From: Actinomycetota bacterium
Lineage (GTDB): Bacteria > Actinomycetota > UBA4738 > JBJMLN01
Assembly: GCA_045805285.1 (NCBI GenBank)
Contig: JBJMLN010000135.1
Coordinates: forward strand, 5,656-69,655
Length of the DNA stretch: 64,000 nucleotides
Reading direction: 5' to 3'
A program made the position numbers and the translations under genes. Shown here piece by piece: positions 24,819-34,387 of this stretch. The first letter of the stretch is position 1. Every line of letters starts with the position of its first letter. The notes below the pieces were generated by a model. It was not told the origin of the DNA. It did not search any database and saw nothing but the letters and a program-made list of their open reading frames with translations.

Positions 24819-25823
24819 TCAGCCTTCCCCGTGGATGGGCCCGCGGCGATCGCGGAGCGAACCTCCGCTGCGGCCCCGATCGACGGCGATGATCTCCGCG
24901 GTGATGGAGCTCGCGATCTCCCGTGGACCCTCCGCGCCGACGTCGAGCCCGGCGGGAGCGAACACGCGATCGAGGCCAGGATGCCCCTCGACCTCGACGA
25001 GGAGACGCTCTGTTCGTCCACGCGGTCCGAGCATGCCGATGTAGGGAACGGACGAGTCGAGCAGCGTGCGAAGTCGTTCGCCATCCGTCAGATAGGCGTG
25101 ATTCATCACGACCGCGAACGTCCGGTCGTCGAGAAGAACATCTGGAACCGGTTCCGACCGCGAGACGCACGCGACGTCCCATCCGAGCGCGCGACCGGCA
25201 TCGGCGAGCGCGGGGGCGTCGGATCGATCTCCGAAGAGCGCGAGCCGGATCGGCCGGCGGAGGAGCTCCACGAACGCCCGCGCACCGGTCGCGAACGAAA
25301 CGATCCGCGGCGCGCTCTGAGAAAGCGCCCGCTCCGCTGTGTCCGCGGCGTCCTCCGGCATCCAGCCGACCTGTGATGCGACGCCGTCCGCAGACAGCGC
25401 TAGGCGCGAGCCGGCGGAGTCGCCGTCCAGGAGCGTCACCAGCGCATGGTCGGAACGCTCACGAGCGACGGCCCGGACGTGATGAGCGAACGTGCGCGCG
25501 CTCGAGGACGGTTCCACGAACACCTCGATGACGCCCTGGCAGCCCATGCCGTAGCCGAGCTCCACCTCGTCGTCTGCGGTGAGATCGAACTCGCGGAGCA
25601 TCGGCATTCCACTCTCGGCGACGGCTCGAGCGTCGTCGACGAGCTCCGCCTCCAGGCAGCCGGGGCTGAGCGAGCCGATCGGATCTCCGCCAACGGGGAG
25701 CATCGCCCGCGCGCCGGGACGCCGGTACGAAGATCCACGGACGCCGACCACGGTCGCCAGCGCGAACGGTGCATCCCGTTCCACGAGAAGCTCGATTGCG
25801 GCGGCGATGTCGGGCGTTGCCAC
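24819..25823 (-). CDS. xdhC: XdhC/CoxI-family molybdoenzyme maturation factor.
   Basis: FALATVVGVRGSSYRRPGARM matches the XdhC_CoxI N-terminal domain, with a C-terminal Rossmann-like domain. GTG start selected by homology. Confidence 0.75.
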   Translation of the reverse strand: MATPDIAAAIELLVERDAPFALATVVGVRGSSYRRPGARAMLPVGGDPIGSLSPGCLEAELVDDARAVAESGMPMLREFDLTADDEVELGYGMGCQGVIEVFVEPSSSARTFAHHVRAVARERSDHALVTLLDGDSAGSRLALSADGVASQVGWMPEDAADTAERALSQSAPRIVSFATGARAFVELLRRPIRLALFGDRSDAPALADAGRALGWDVACVSRSEPVPDVLLDDRTFAVVMNHAYLTDGERLRTLLDSSVPYIGMLGPRGRTERLLVEVEGHPGLDRVFAPAGLDVGAEGPREIASSITAEIIAVDRGRSGGSLRDRRGPIHGEG

Positions 25824-25965
25824 GTTCGGATAGTAGCTATCTCCACCGCCCGCGACCGCCGCACGCTCGCGCTTTGAACGTGCTCGAACCTCCGTGTTAG
25901 AAAGGAGATTCCAGCGCCCGGGTCCCTTTTCCCGGCGCGCGCGTCCCCGTGGAAGGGGTGCTGCA

Positions 25966-26382
25966 ATGGCCTCGCTCAGCACGAAGGACATCAGCCTCGA
26001 TCAGGCGAACGCCGCAGTCGAGGCCGCAACGAAGAAGGCCGAGGAGATCGGCACGACGATGGACATCGCCATCGTCGACGCCGGCGCCAACCTCAAGGCG
26101 TTCGCGCGGATGGACGGCGCCTGGCTCGGCAGCATCGACATCGCGATCAAGAAGGCCAGCACCGCACGGTGGTTCGATATGAACACCGGCGACATCGGCG
26201 GCCTCTCCCAGCCGGGCGGCGCGCTGTACAACATCGAGCACTCGAATGAGGGCCTGATCACGTTCCCCGGCGGCATCCCGATCAAGGACGGCGACACGGT
26301 GATCGGCGCGATCGGCGTCTCGGGCTCGACCGTGGAGAACGACCACACCGTCGCGGCGGCCGGCGCAGCAGCCGTCCAGTAG
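25966..26382 (+). CDS. GlcG / HbpS-like heme-binding protein (DUF336).
   Basis: [43 protein letters not shown] and [20 protein letters not shown]. Confidence 0.75.
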   Translation: MASLSTKDISLDQANAAVEAATKKAEEIGTTMDIAIVDAGANLKAFARMDGAWLGSIDIAIKKASTARWFDMNTGDIGGLSQPGGALYNIEHSNEGLITFPGGIPIKDGDTVIGAIGVSGSTVENDHTVAAAGAAAVQ

Positions 26383-26428
26383 GTCCACCCACCCACGCAT
26401 TCGAACACACTCGGGAGGGAGGACGGAC

Positions 26429-27619
26429 ATGCCTGACAACCGCGGCGTTGCCTACATGGGCCCCGGCAAGGTGGAGGTCCAGGACATCGCCTATCCGGAG
26501 CTCGCGCTCGGCAACCGCAAGACCGAGCACGGCGCGATCCTCAAGATCGTGGCGACGAACATCTGCGGGAGCGACCAGCACATGGTGCGCGGCCGCACGA
26601 CCGCTCCGGAGGGACTGATCCTCGGCCACGAGATCACCGGCGAGGTGGTCGAGACCGGCCGGGACGTGGAGTTCGTCAACGTCGGCGACCTCGTATCTGT
26701 TCCGTTCAACATCGCGTGTGGCCGGTGCCGTAACTGCAAGGAGGGCAAGACCGGCGTCTGCCTGAACGTGAACACCTCCCGCCCGGGAGCGGCCTACGGC
26801 TACGTCGACATGGGCGGCTGGATCGGCGGACAGGCGGAGTACGTCATGACGCCGTACGCCGACTGGAACCTGTTGGTGTTCCCGGACCGCGACCAGGCGA
26901 TGGAGAAGATCAAGGATCTGGCGCTGCTCTCGGACATCTTTCCGACGGGCTATCACGGAGCGGTCTCCGCGGGCGTGGGTCCGGGTTCGGTCGTCTACGT
27001 CGCGGGAGCGGGACCCGTCGGTCTCGCGTGCGCCACGGCGTGCCAGCTCCTCGGCGCCGCGGTCGTGATCGTCGGTGACATGATCGACGAGCGCCTTCGT
27101 CAAGCGGCCTCGTTCGGTTGCGAGACGATCGACCTGAAGACCGACGCCTCGCTCGCCGACCAGATCGAGCAGATCACCGGGGTTCCGGAGGTCGACCAGG
27201 CCGTCGACTGCGTGGGGTTCGAGGCGAAGGGCCACGGAGCCGACAGCGGCCACGAGCAGCCGGCGACCGTCCTCAACGCGCTGATGGAGATCACGCGCGC
27301 GGGCGGCGCGATCGGGATCCCGGGCCTGTACGTGACGGGCGACCCGGGCGGCGTCGACGAGAACGCGAAGATCGGCCAGCTCGGGATCCGGATCGGTCTC
27401 GGATGGGCGAAGTCGCACACGTTCACGACCGGTCAGTGCCCGGTGATGCGGTACCACCGGCAGCTGATGCAGGCGATCCTGAACGACAAGACCCACCCGG
27501 CGCGGAACGTCAACGTGGAGACGATCCCGCTCGATCGCGCGCCGGAGGGCTACCGCGACTTCGACCAGGGCGCCGCGAAGAAGTACGTGATCGACCCGCA
27601 CGGGGTCATCGCGAACTGA
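26429..27619 (+). CDS. fdhA: Glutathione-independent formaldehyde dehydrogenase (zinc-dependent).
   Basis: Near-colinear match to Pseudomonas putida FdhA motifs: NRGVAYMGPGKVEVQ, ICGSDQHMVRGRTTA, VPFNIACGRCRNCKE, GYVDMGGWIGGQAEYV. Confidence 0.9.
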   Translation: MPDNRGVAYMGPGKVEVQDIAYPELALGNRKTEHGAILKIVATNICGSDQHMVRGRTTAPEGLILGHEITGEVVETGRDVEFVNVGDLVSVPFNIACGRCRNCKEGKTGVCLNVNTSRPGAAYGYVDMGGWIGGQAEYVMTPYADWNLLVFPDRDQAMEKIKDLALLSDIFPTGYHGAVSAGVGPGSVVYVAGAGPVGLACATACQLLGAAVVIVGDMIDERLRQAASFGCETIDLKTDASLADQIEQITGVPEVDQAVDCVGFEAKGHGADSGHEQPATVLNALMEITRAGGAIGIPGLYVTGDPGGVDENAKIGQLGIRIGLGWAKSHTFTTGQCPVMRYHRQLMQAILNDKTHPARNVNVETIPLDRAPEGYRDFDQGAAKKYVIDPHGVIAN

Positions 27620-27620
27620 G

Positions 27621-28478
27621 TTAGGCCTGCGAGGAGGCGTTCGCGCGCGCGGACGCCTCCTCCAGCGCGCGTCGCACGAGGATCTCGGCCAGCGCTCTTC
27701 GGTACTCCGCGCTGCCCGAGATGTCGCTCGGCGGGCTGGTTCCCTCCGCCGCCGTGGTGGCCGCGGTTCCGGCGTCCGCGCCGTCCGAGAGCGCCTGTTC
27801 GACTCGTGTCGCGCGGATCGGCCGGTCGCCCATGTTCGTGAGGGCGACCCGGGCGGTTCCGTCAGCGTGCGTGAGGGCGGCGACGCCGACCAGCGCCCAG
27901 TCCGCAGCGCGGCGGTGGAACTTGATCGCGCTCCAACCCGTTCCCGGCCGGAGCTTCGGGACGCGGACCTCCGTCAGCATCTCCGTGGGGGAGAGTTCCG
28001 TCTCGAAGAGTCCGGTGAAGAACGTCGTCCCCGGCTGCGTCCGCGTGCTTCCGTCCACGCCGCGGATCCTCAGCTCCGCGTCGAGCGCGACGACGGCCGC
28101 GGGGAGATCCGACGCCGGGTCCGCATGCGAGAGCGAGCCGCCGATCGTTCCGCGATGCCGGACCTGGGGGTCGCCGATGTCCGCCGCGACGGCTTGCAGG
28201 AGCGGACACCAGCGTTCGAGAAGGTCGCTTCGCTCGAGGTCCGCGTGACGCGTGAGCGCGCCGATCGCGATCACGTCGTCCTCCTCGCGGATGTAGCGGA
28301 GCTCGTCGAGACGCCCGATGTCGACGAGAAGAGCAGGCTGCGCAAGCCGGAGCTTCATCAGCGGCAGAAGCGAGTGACCTCCCGCGAGGAGCTTTGCCTC
28401 GTCTCCTCGGTCGGCCAGGATGCCGAGCGCGTCGTCGATCGTCGCCGCGCGCTCGTACTCGAACGCCGCCGGGATCAC
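27621..28478 (-). CDS. coxM: FAD-binding molybdopterin dehydrogenase subunit (CoxM/XdhB family).
   Basis: [18 protein letters not shown] start region, [16 protein letters not shown], and the CO dehydrogenase flavoprotein C-terminal domain. GTGA overlap with coxS. Confidence 0.8.
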   Translation of the reverse strand: MIPAAFEYERAATIDDALGILADRGDEAKLLAGGHSLLPLMKLRLAQPALLVDIGRLDELRYIREEDDVIAIGALTRHADLERSDLLERWCPLLQAVAADIGDPQVRHRGTIGGSLSHADPASDLPAAVVALDAELRIRGVDGSTRTQPGTTFFTGLFETELSPTEMLTEVRVPKLRPGTGWSAIKFHRRAADWALVGVAALTHADGTARVALTNMGDRPIRATRVEQALSDGADAGTAATTAAEGTSPPSDISGSAEYRRALAEILVRRALEEASARANASSQA

Positions 28479-28954
28479 GTCGAACGCTCCGCGCCGGCGG
28501 CGTCGAGCACTGCGCGGACGATGTTGTGGTAGCCCGTGCAGCGGCAGAGGTTTCCCTCGAGACCGCGCCGGACGTCCTCCTCGGTGGGCGAAGGGTTGTC
28601 CTTCAGGAGGGCGACCGAGGCCATCACCATGCCGGGCGTGCAGAACCCGCATTGAAGCGCGTGGTTGTTCCGGAAGGCCGCCTGAACGGGGTGCATCTCT
28701 TCGAGCTCCGCGCCGGCTGCGAGGCCTTCGATCGTCGTGATCTCCGTCCCGTCCGCTTGGACGGCGAGCACGGTGCAAGACTTCACCGACTCTCCGTCGA
28801 TGAGGACCGTGCACGCACCGCAGGACGTCGTGTCGCACCCGACGTTCGTTCCCGTGAGAGCGAGCGTCTCCCGCAGGAAGGAGACGAGGAGCGTGCGCGG
28901 CTCCACCTCCGCCTCGCGGACCGAATCGTTGACGGTGACGCGGACCGACCGCAC
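28475..28954 (-). CDS. coxS: (2Fe-2S)-binding small subunit (CoxS/XdhC family).
   Basis: [11 protein letters not shown] and [11 protein letters not shown] cysteine clusters. Confidence 0.9.
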   Translation of the reverse strand: MRSVRVTVNDSVREAEVEPRTLLVSFLRETLALTGTNVGCDTTSCGACTVLIDGESVKSCTVLAVQADGTEITTIEGLAAGAELEEMHPVQAAFRNNHALQCGFCTPGMVMASVALLKDNPSPTEEDVRRGLEGNLCRCTGYHNIVRAVLDAAGAERST

Positions 28955-29062
28955 TCAGGCGCGAGGAGGAGGCATCGACAGACGATAGGGTTCGCCGCGC
29001 CGGAGGGTCAACCTGGCCCGCGCCTCAGTCCGGGCGTGGAGGCGCAGCCGGAGGAGGCGCAC

Positions 29063-29575
29063 TCACCGGCCGATCTCGTCGCTCGCTGCCGGAGTGATCC
29101 GCAGGCTTGGATCGATGCGGCCGTCCACTGCGAGCTGGTTCGGAACGACCACGGTCCTCGCCGCGATGTCGCCGACCCGCTGCCGCAGCGGTGATCGCCA
29201 CATGATGATGGCGCCCACCAGGTAGAAGAAGAGTCCATCGACCGCTCGAAGGACGTTCCGGACCACGGAGGTAAAGAAGTCCATGGGCGTTCCGTCGACC
29301 CTCACGACCCGGACGCCGAGCGCGAACTTGCCGAGCGACGCTCCATATCGACTCTCGAAGACACTCATGTATGCGAGCCACACGAGGGCCGCGAGACCGC
29401 CCGGCACTCCGGTGAGGTTCAGGTGCCAGGATTCGGACGTGCCGTAGCGAGCGTGTTCGACCCCGACGGCGCCCGCGCCGCTGATCTTCAGGACGATCGC
29501 GACGGCCGCTACGAGCAGGACGGAGTCGATCAGGATCGCGACCGCCCTTCGCCCAACTCCGACGTACGTCGTCAC
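29063..29575 (-). CDS. RDD-family membrane protein.
   Basis: RRAVAILIDSVLLVAAVAIV and the FESRYGASLGKFALGVRVV signature. Confidence 0.7.
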   Translation of the reverse strand: MTTYVGVGRRAVAILIDSVLLVAAVAIVLKISGAGAVGVEHARYGTSESWHLNLTGVPGGLAALVWLAYMSVFESRYGASLGKFALGVRVVRVDGTPMDFFTSVVRNVLRAVDGLFFYLVGAIIMWRSPLRQRVGDIAARTVVVPNQLAVDGRIDPSLRITPAASDEIGR

Positions 29576-30207
29576 GCGACGCTGAACGTCGTGACGATCT
29601 GCTCACAGCCTGAATCGAGCGCGTCGTTAGACTCGCCGGTGCTCTGACAGTTCACGAAGTACTCCGTCTTTCCGTTGAACGCCAGCACGATCTTGGTCTT
29701 GACCGAAACGGCCTGCGGGTTGACCGCCGTGCCGCTGTAGCCGAGCGCCGGGAATCCCGCCATCGTGAGCTTCGTCGGCCCCGACTGCATCGAGCCGCCG
29801 GCCTGCGTGAAGAGGTTCTGGATCTGGGTCGTCAGCTCGCTCGTGTGCTGGTCGATGTTGCTCGGCGTGATCGACAGGTTGATCCCGTACTGGGACACGA
29901 GCACGAAGTTCGCGTTGTCGATGCCGAAGGCCTCCGACCAGGCCTGACTCCCCTGAGACGCGCTCGAGCCCGAGGTCTGGATGGGTTTCCAGTCCCCCGG
30001 GTACTGGAACTTCACACCGTGCCCGTCGAAGGTCTGGCTCCCGCTCGCCGATGACGACGGGTTGTTCGTCGGAAGGGTGGCGACGGCGGCCGGCTTCGAG
30101 CTGCTCGTCGAACTGCTGTCGCCGTTGCTGCAGGCGGTAAAGAGCGCCGCCGCGGCAAGGATGACGCACAAAAAGGAACGTTTCGCGAACAGCGTGGACC
30201 TCCTCAT
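29572..30207 (-). CDS. Lipoprotein of unknown function.
   Basis: MRRSTLFAKRSFLCVILAAAALFTACSNG contains a lipobox. The mature region is Ser-rich. Confidence 0.6.
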   Translation of the reverse strand: MRRSTLFAKRSFLCVILAAAALFTACSNGDSSSTSSSKPAAVATLPTNNPSSSASGSQTFDGHGVKFQYPGDWKPIQTSGSSASQGSQAWSEAFGIDNANFVLVSQYGINLSITPSNIDQHTSELTTQIQNLFTQAGGSMQSGPTKLTMAGFPALGYSGTAVNPQAVSVKTKIVLAFNGKTEYFVNCQSTGESNDALDSGCEQIVTTFSVA

Positions 30208-30217
30208 GGCTCGAGTG

Positions 30218-30568
30218 TCAGACAACGTGTCCGGGTGCGCCATCGGGCGTTGTTAGGGGGAGGCCGTCTCGCTCCCAGGCCTCGAGGCCTCCCTCGAGGT
30301 TATGCGCGTCGTAGCCCCGGGCCTGGAGCATGATCGCTGCAAGCTCGCTGCGGTTGCCGACGCGGCAGACGACGACGACGGGGCGTTCTCGGTCGAGATC
30401 GTCGTCGCCCGCGCCTCCCATCACGTCGTTCAACGGCAGGTGCACCGAACCGTCGATGCGGCCGGCATCCCATTCGTACGGCTCGCGAACGTCCACGATC
30501 TGGACGTCGGAGAGGTGGGTCGAGAGACCTTTCGGCTGGCTGAGCTCGTCGATCATCGGTTTCGGCAT
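30218..30568 (-). CDS. Rhodanese-domain sulfurtransferase (single domain).
   Basis: DVREPYEWDAGRIDGSVHLP and the active-site loop CRVGNRS. Confidence 0.75.
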   Translation of the reverse strand: MPKPMIDELSQPKGLSTHLSDVQIVDVREPYEWDAGRIDGSVHLPLNDVMGGAGDDDLDRERPVVVVCRVGNRSELAAIMLQARGYDAHNLEGGLEAWERDGLPLTTPDGAPGHVV

Positions 30569-30606
30569 CCTAGCAGCAGGTTTGCGGCCGCCGGATCCGC
30601 GGTTTG

Positions 30607-31128
30607 TCACGGGCCCGCAGCCTCGAGCGCCTCCGCGAAGACGTCGTGGGCACGCCGGTCGAACAGCACGAAACGCACCTCGTCCAGCGACGACGGCGCG
30701 TCGCGAACGGCATCTAGCGCCACGGGGGCGGCGAGCTCCAGCGGATAGCCGTAGATCCCCGTGGAGATCGCCGGGAACGCGACGGTCCGCGCGCCGAGTT
30801 CCTCCGCAACGCGGAGCGATTCCCGGTGGCAGCTCGCGAGCTTGACCGCGTCGTCCTCGGAGCCGGAGTACACCGGGCCGACCGTGTGGATCACCCACCG
30901 CGCGGGAAGATCGCCCGCGGTCGTCGCGACGGCCTGTCCCGTCGGAAGACCTTGCGGAAAGCGCTCCGCCCGAACACGCTTGCACTCCTGCAGGATGGCC
31001 GGGCCGCCGGCTCGGTGGATCGCGCCGTCGACGCCTCCGCCGCCCATCAGGGAGCCGTTCGCGGCGTTCACGATCGCGTCGACGTCCTGCGTCGTGATGT
31101 CTCCGACGACGACGGCGATGCGGGCCAC
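30607..31128 (-). CDS. Macro-domain protein (O-acetyl-ADP-ribose deacetylase, YmdB/Af1521-like).
   Basis: [39 protein letters not shown] is the canonical macrodomain motif. Confidence 0.85.
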   Translation of the reverse strand: MARIAVVVGDITTQDVDAIVNAANGSLMGGGGVDGAIHRAGGPAILQECKRVRAERFPQGLPTGQAVATTAGDLPARWVIHTVGPVYSGSEDDAVKLASCHRESLRVAEELGARTVAFPAISTGIYGYPLELAAPVALDAVRDAPSSLDEVRFVLFDRRAHDVFAEALEAAGP

Positions 31129-31151
31129 AGCGTTATCGTAGCGGCGAGCCG

Positions 31152-32093
31152 ATGCCCGACTTCGACGTCCTCGTCCTCGGCGACTGCAACCCGGACCTGA
31201 TCCTTTCCGGGGGAGACGTCGAGCCCGCGTTCGGGCAGGTGGAGAAGCTCGTCGAACGAGCGAGCCTCGCGGTCGGCGGGTCCGGAGCGATCTTCGCGTG
31301 CGGAGCCGCGCGTCTCGGGCTGAAGACGGCCTTTGCCTCCGTCGTCGGTGACGACGTCTTCGGCCGGTTCATGCTCGACGCTCTGCGAGAGCGAGGAGTC
31401 GACACGCGCGGAGTGCTCGTCGACCCCCACCGGCCGACCGGCGTGACGGTGGTTTTGTCCAAGCCGTCGGACCGGGCGATGATCACCGCTCCCGGAACGA
31501 TCGGCGACATGCGGAGCGGTCTCGTCGATCCCGAGCTCGTCCGCAGCGCCCGTCACGTACACGTGAGCTCCTACTACCTCCAGCGCGGGCTGCACGAGGG
31601 CCTCCGGGACGTCTTCGCGGAGGCTCACGCCGCGGACGCGACGACCTCGCTCGACCCCAACTGGGATCCGCGCGGGGAGTGGAACTCCGGCCTGCTCGGC
31701 CTCCTCGGAGAGACGGACTGGTTCCTCCCGAACTCCGCAGAGGCGAGACAGATCACGGGCGTCGACGACATCGAGATCGCGGCGACGGCCCTCGCGGAGA
31801 ACGGCTGCACGCTCGCGGTGAAGCTCGGCGCCGGCGGAGGGTTGGCCGCGCGCGGAAGCGAGGTCGTCCAGGTTTCCGCCTACAAGGTCCGGGTGGAAGA
31901 CACGACGGGCGCAGGGGACAGCTTCGACGCGGGCCTCGTTGCCGCCGTCCTCGCCGGAGAGTCGCTGCGGCGCGCGCTCGAGGTCGCGATCGTCTGCGGC
32001 TCGCTCTCCACGCGGGCGCGTGGTGGCGTGGACGCGCAGCCGACGATGGAGGAGGTGCGCGCGGCGCTCGAGTCGTTCCGCGCCGCGTCGTGA
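31152..32093 (+). CDS. PfkB-family carbohydrate kinase.
   Basis: N-terminal GG motif ([18 protein letters not shown]) and C-terminal DTTGAGDSF. Confidence 0.8.
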   Translation: MPDFDVLVLGDCNPDLILSGGDVEPAFGQVEKLVERASLAVGGSGAIFACGAARLGLKTAFASVVGDDVFGRFMLDALRERGVDTRGVLVDPHRPTGVTVVLSKPSDRAMITAPGTIGDMRSGLVDPELVRSARHVHVSSYYLQRGLHEGLRDVFAEAHAADATTSLDPNWDPRGEWNSGLLGLLGETDWFLPNSAEARQITGVDDIEIAATALAENGCTLAVKLGAGGGLAARGSEVVQVSAYKVRVEDTTGAGDSFDAGLVAAVLAGESLRRALEVAIVCGSLSTRARGGVDAQPTMEEVRAALESFRAAS

Positions 32094-32112
32094 CCCCGGC
32101 TCGGGCTGCCGC

Positions 32113-33051
32113 GTGATCGTCTGCGCGTGCGCGCATCCGTCGATCGACAAGCTGTTCGAGGTCGAGCGTCTCACGCTCGGCGCGATCCACCGTCCGTCGT
32201 CGTTCGTCCAGGTGCCGGGCGGAAAGGGACTCAACGCCGCGCGAGCAGCGGCATCGATCGGCGCCGACGTGCGCGCCGTCGCCCTCGTCGGCGGACACGC
32301 GGGAGCTTGGATCGAGGACGCGCTGTCGGAGGAAGGCTTCGACGCGCGGTTCGCGTGGGGCTCGCACGAGACGCGTTCGTGCCTCTCGGTCGCGGACGTG
32401 GCGACGGGCGAGCTGACGGAGTTCTATGAGGAGGGTTCTCCGGTCGACCCCGACGTGTGGGATGCCTTCGAGGCGGAGATCGAGGAGGCGCTCGTCGACG
32501 CGGCGTGGATCGCCATCTCCGGCTCCATCCCGGCCGGCGCTCCGGAAAGCGGTCTCGCGACGATCGCGTCGTCGGCGCGCCGGAGCGGCGTCCGCGTCGC
32601 GATCGACACACGCGGAGTTTTCCTCCAGAACGCGCTGGAGGCAGCGCCCGACGTCGTCAAGGTGAACGCGGGCGAGGCCGCGGAGCTCCTCGGGATCGAG
32701 ATCCGCAACGATGCCGACGCGGCGAAAGCGACCGAAGCGCTCCGGGCGCGCGCGGGCGGAGACGGACACGCCGCGGTCATCACGCTCGGAGTAGAGGGCG
32801 TCGTGGCGGTCGACGCATCCGGCCGCGGGTTGCGGGGAACGCTCGACGCCCGCGGACGCTATCCCGTGGCAAGCGGCGACTCGTTTCTGGCGGGTCTCGT
32901 GGCGACGCTCGATCGAGGAGGAACCTTCGAGGAGGCGCTCTCGAACGGACTCGGAACGGCCGCGGCGAACGCGGAGATGCCGGGCGCGGGCCGCCTGAAC
33001 GCCGAGCGCGCCCGAGCGCTGAGCGCTCGGGCGCGCGTCGAAACGATCTGA
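32113..33051 (+). CDS. PfkB-family kinase (1-phosphofructokinase / tagatose-6-P kinase-like). GTG start.
   Basis: VIVCACAHPSIDKLFEV, QVPGGKGLNAARAAASIG, and the C-terminal SGDSFLAGL. Confidence 0.75.
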   Translation: MIVCACAHPSIDKLFEVERLTLGAIHRPSSFVQVPGGKGLNAARAAASIGADVRAVALVGGHAGAWIEDALSEEGFDARFAWGSHETRSCLSVADVATGELTEFYEEGSPVDPDVWDAFEAEIEEALVDAAWIAISGSIPAGAPESGLATIASSARRSGVRVAIDTRGVFLQNALEAAPDVVKVNAGEAAELLGIEIRNDADAAKATEALRARAGGDGHAAVITLGVEGVVAVDASGRGLRGTLDARGRYPVASGDSFLAGLVATLDRGGTFEEALSNGLGTAAANAEMPGAGRLNAERARALSARARVETI

Positions 33052-33058
33052 GCGGACG

Positions 33059-33433
33059 CTACATCTCGAACACGGCGACGATGTTGCCCTCGGTGTCGGT
33101 GAACCAGGCGCCCTTGAGCCCCTCGATCTCCGCGATGCTGTCCTTGGTCTGGACCGGGCCGGAGTCGTACTCCAGGAACTGCACGCCCTTGGACTTCAGG
33201 TCCTTGACCTCCTGAACCGCGTCATCGACGCGGAACGCCATCGCCGTGTTCTTCGCGGTCCCTGCGAACTCCGTCGGGAACACGAGGAACCGGGTGCCTT
33301 CGCCGGCGGTGAACATGGTGCCGTCCGCGCGCTCCTCCTCGACCGGTAATCCGAGCGTGTCGCGGTAGAACGCGACCGCGCGGTTCAGGTCCTTCGCCGG
33401 GAGCGTCGGTGCGACCATCTTTCCTTGCAGCAT
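33059..33433 (-). CDS. VOC-family (glyoxalase/bleomycin-resistance fold) protein.
   Basis: 124 aa with the paired beta-alpha-beta-beta-beta pattern. NRAVAFYRDTLGL is present. Confidence 0.7.
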   Translation of the reverse strand: MLQGKMVAPTLPAKDLNRAVAFYRDTLGLPVEEERADGTMFTAGEGTRFLVFPTEFAGTAKNTAMAFRVDDAVQEVKDLKSKGVQFLEYDSGPVQTKDSIAEIEGLKGAWFTDTEGNIVAVFEM

Positions 33434-33602
33434 CGTTGCCTCCTCCTGTGTGCGCGGCGCTGTTCGCCGCCGAGGACCGAAACCTATCCCTCAAGGAGCG
33501 ACGTTCGCCAGTCCCCCGCGGACGCGACAGCGGGGCACGGCGGACGCGCCCGACGCTCCGGAAACTTGTTCCGCGAGGCGGAACCGGCATAGCATCGGCC
33601 TC

Positions 33603-34385
33603 GTGGCCCGGGTGGAGACTCCGCCGATCGAGAGCGTTGACCGCGCCCTACGGCTCCTTCAGGAGCTGGGACGGCACGGTTCCGGAGCGATGTTGGAGGA
33701 GCTCGCGGACGCGACCGGTCTTCCGAAGAGCTCCGCGCATCGCACGCTCGCAGCGCTCCGGGGGAGAGGCTTCGCGTTCCAGCAGGAGGACGGCCGGTAC
33801 CTCGCGGGCTCGGAGCTCCTCCGCGTCGCCTTCGACTTCTACGACCGCGTAGACGTGCGAGTGATGCTCCAGCCGCTGCTGCTGCGCCTCCGCGACGACC
33901 TCAACGAGACCGTGCACCTCGGCGTGCTGGAGGGCGCCGACGTGGTGTATCTCGACAAGCTGGAGTCGCGCCACCCGCTTCGGCTCACCTCCACGATCGG
34001 CGGGCGGAACCCGGCGCACTGCACCGCGGTGGGCAAGGCGATGCTCGCGTGGACCTACCCGAGCGACGCGGAGCTCCGCGCGTGGATCGCGCGTTCTCGG
34101 CCGCTCGTTCGCCGCACGCCCTCCTCGATCACCGATCCGCCGGCGCTCGCAAAGGAGATGGCGAGCATCCGTGCGGACGGCTTCGCCCGCGACATGGAGG
34201 AGAGCGAGGTCGGCGTCCGCTGCATCGCGGCGCCCGTCTTCGTCGGAACGTCGCGGCCGCGCGCGGCGGTTTCGATCTCGGCGCCGCGGGACCGGATGTC
34301 CTCCGTCCGGATCCGGGAGGTCGCGCCGCTCCTCATGCGCGGCGCCGCCGATTCCTCCGGGGCGAACGGAGATGCTGCGCGCTGA
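33603..34385 (+). CDS. IclR-family transcriptional regulator.
   Basis: The N-terminal HTH (SVDRALRLLQELGRHGSGAMLEELADATGLPKSSAHRTL) and the C-terminal effector domain match IclR. GTG start chosen; the first GTG is at 33603 and a second lies at 33612. Confidence 0.8.
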   Translation: MARVETPPIESVDRALRLLQELGRHGSGAMLEELADATGLPKSSAHRTLAALRGRGFAFQQEDGRYLAGSELLRVAFDFYDRVDVRVMLQPLLLRLRDDLNETVHLGVLEGADVVYLDKLESRHPLRLTSTIGGRNPAHCTAVGKAMLAWTYPSDAELRAWIARSRPLVRRTPSSITDPPALAKEMASIRADGFARDMEESEVGVRCIAAPVFVGTSRPRAAVSISAPRDRMSSVRIREVAPLLMRGAADSSGANGDAAR

Positions 34386-34387
34386 CG

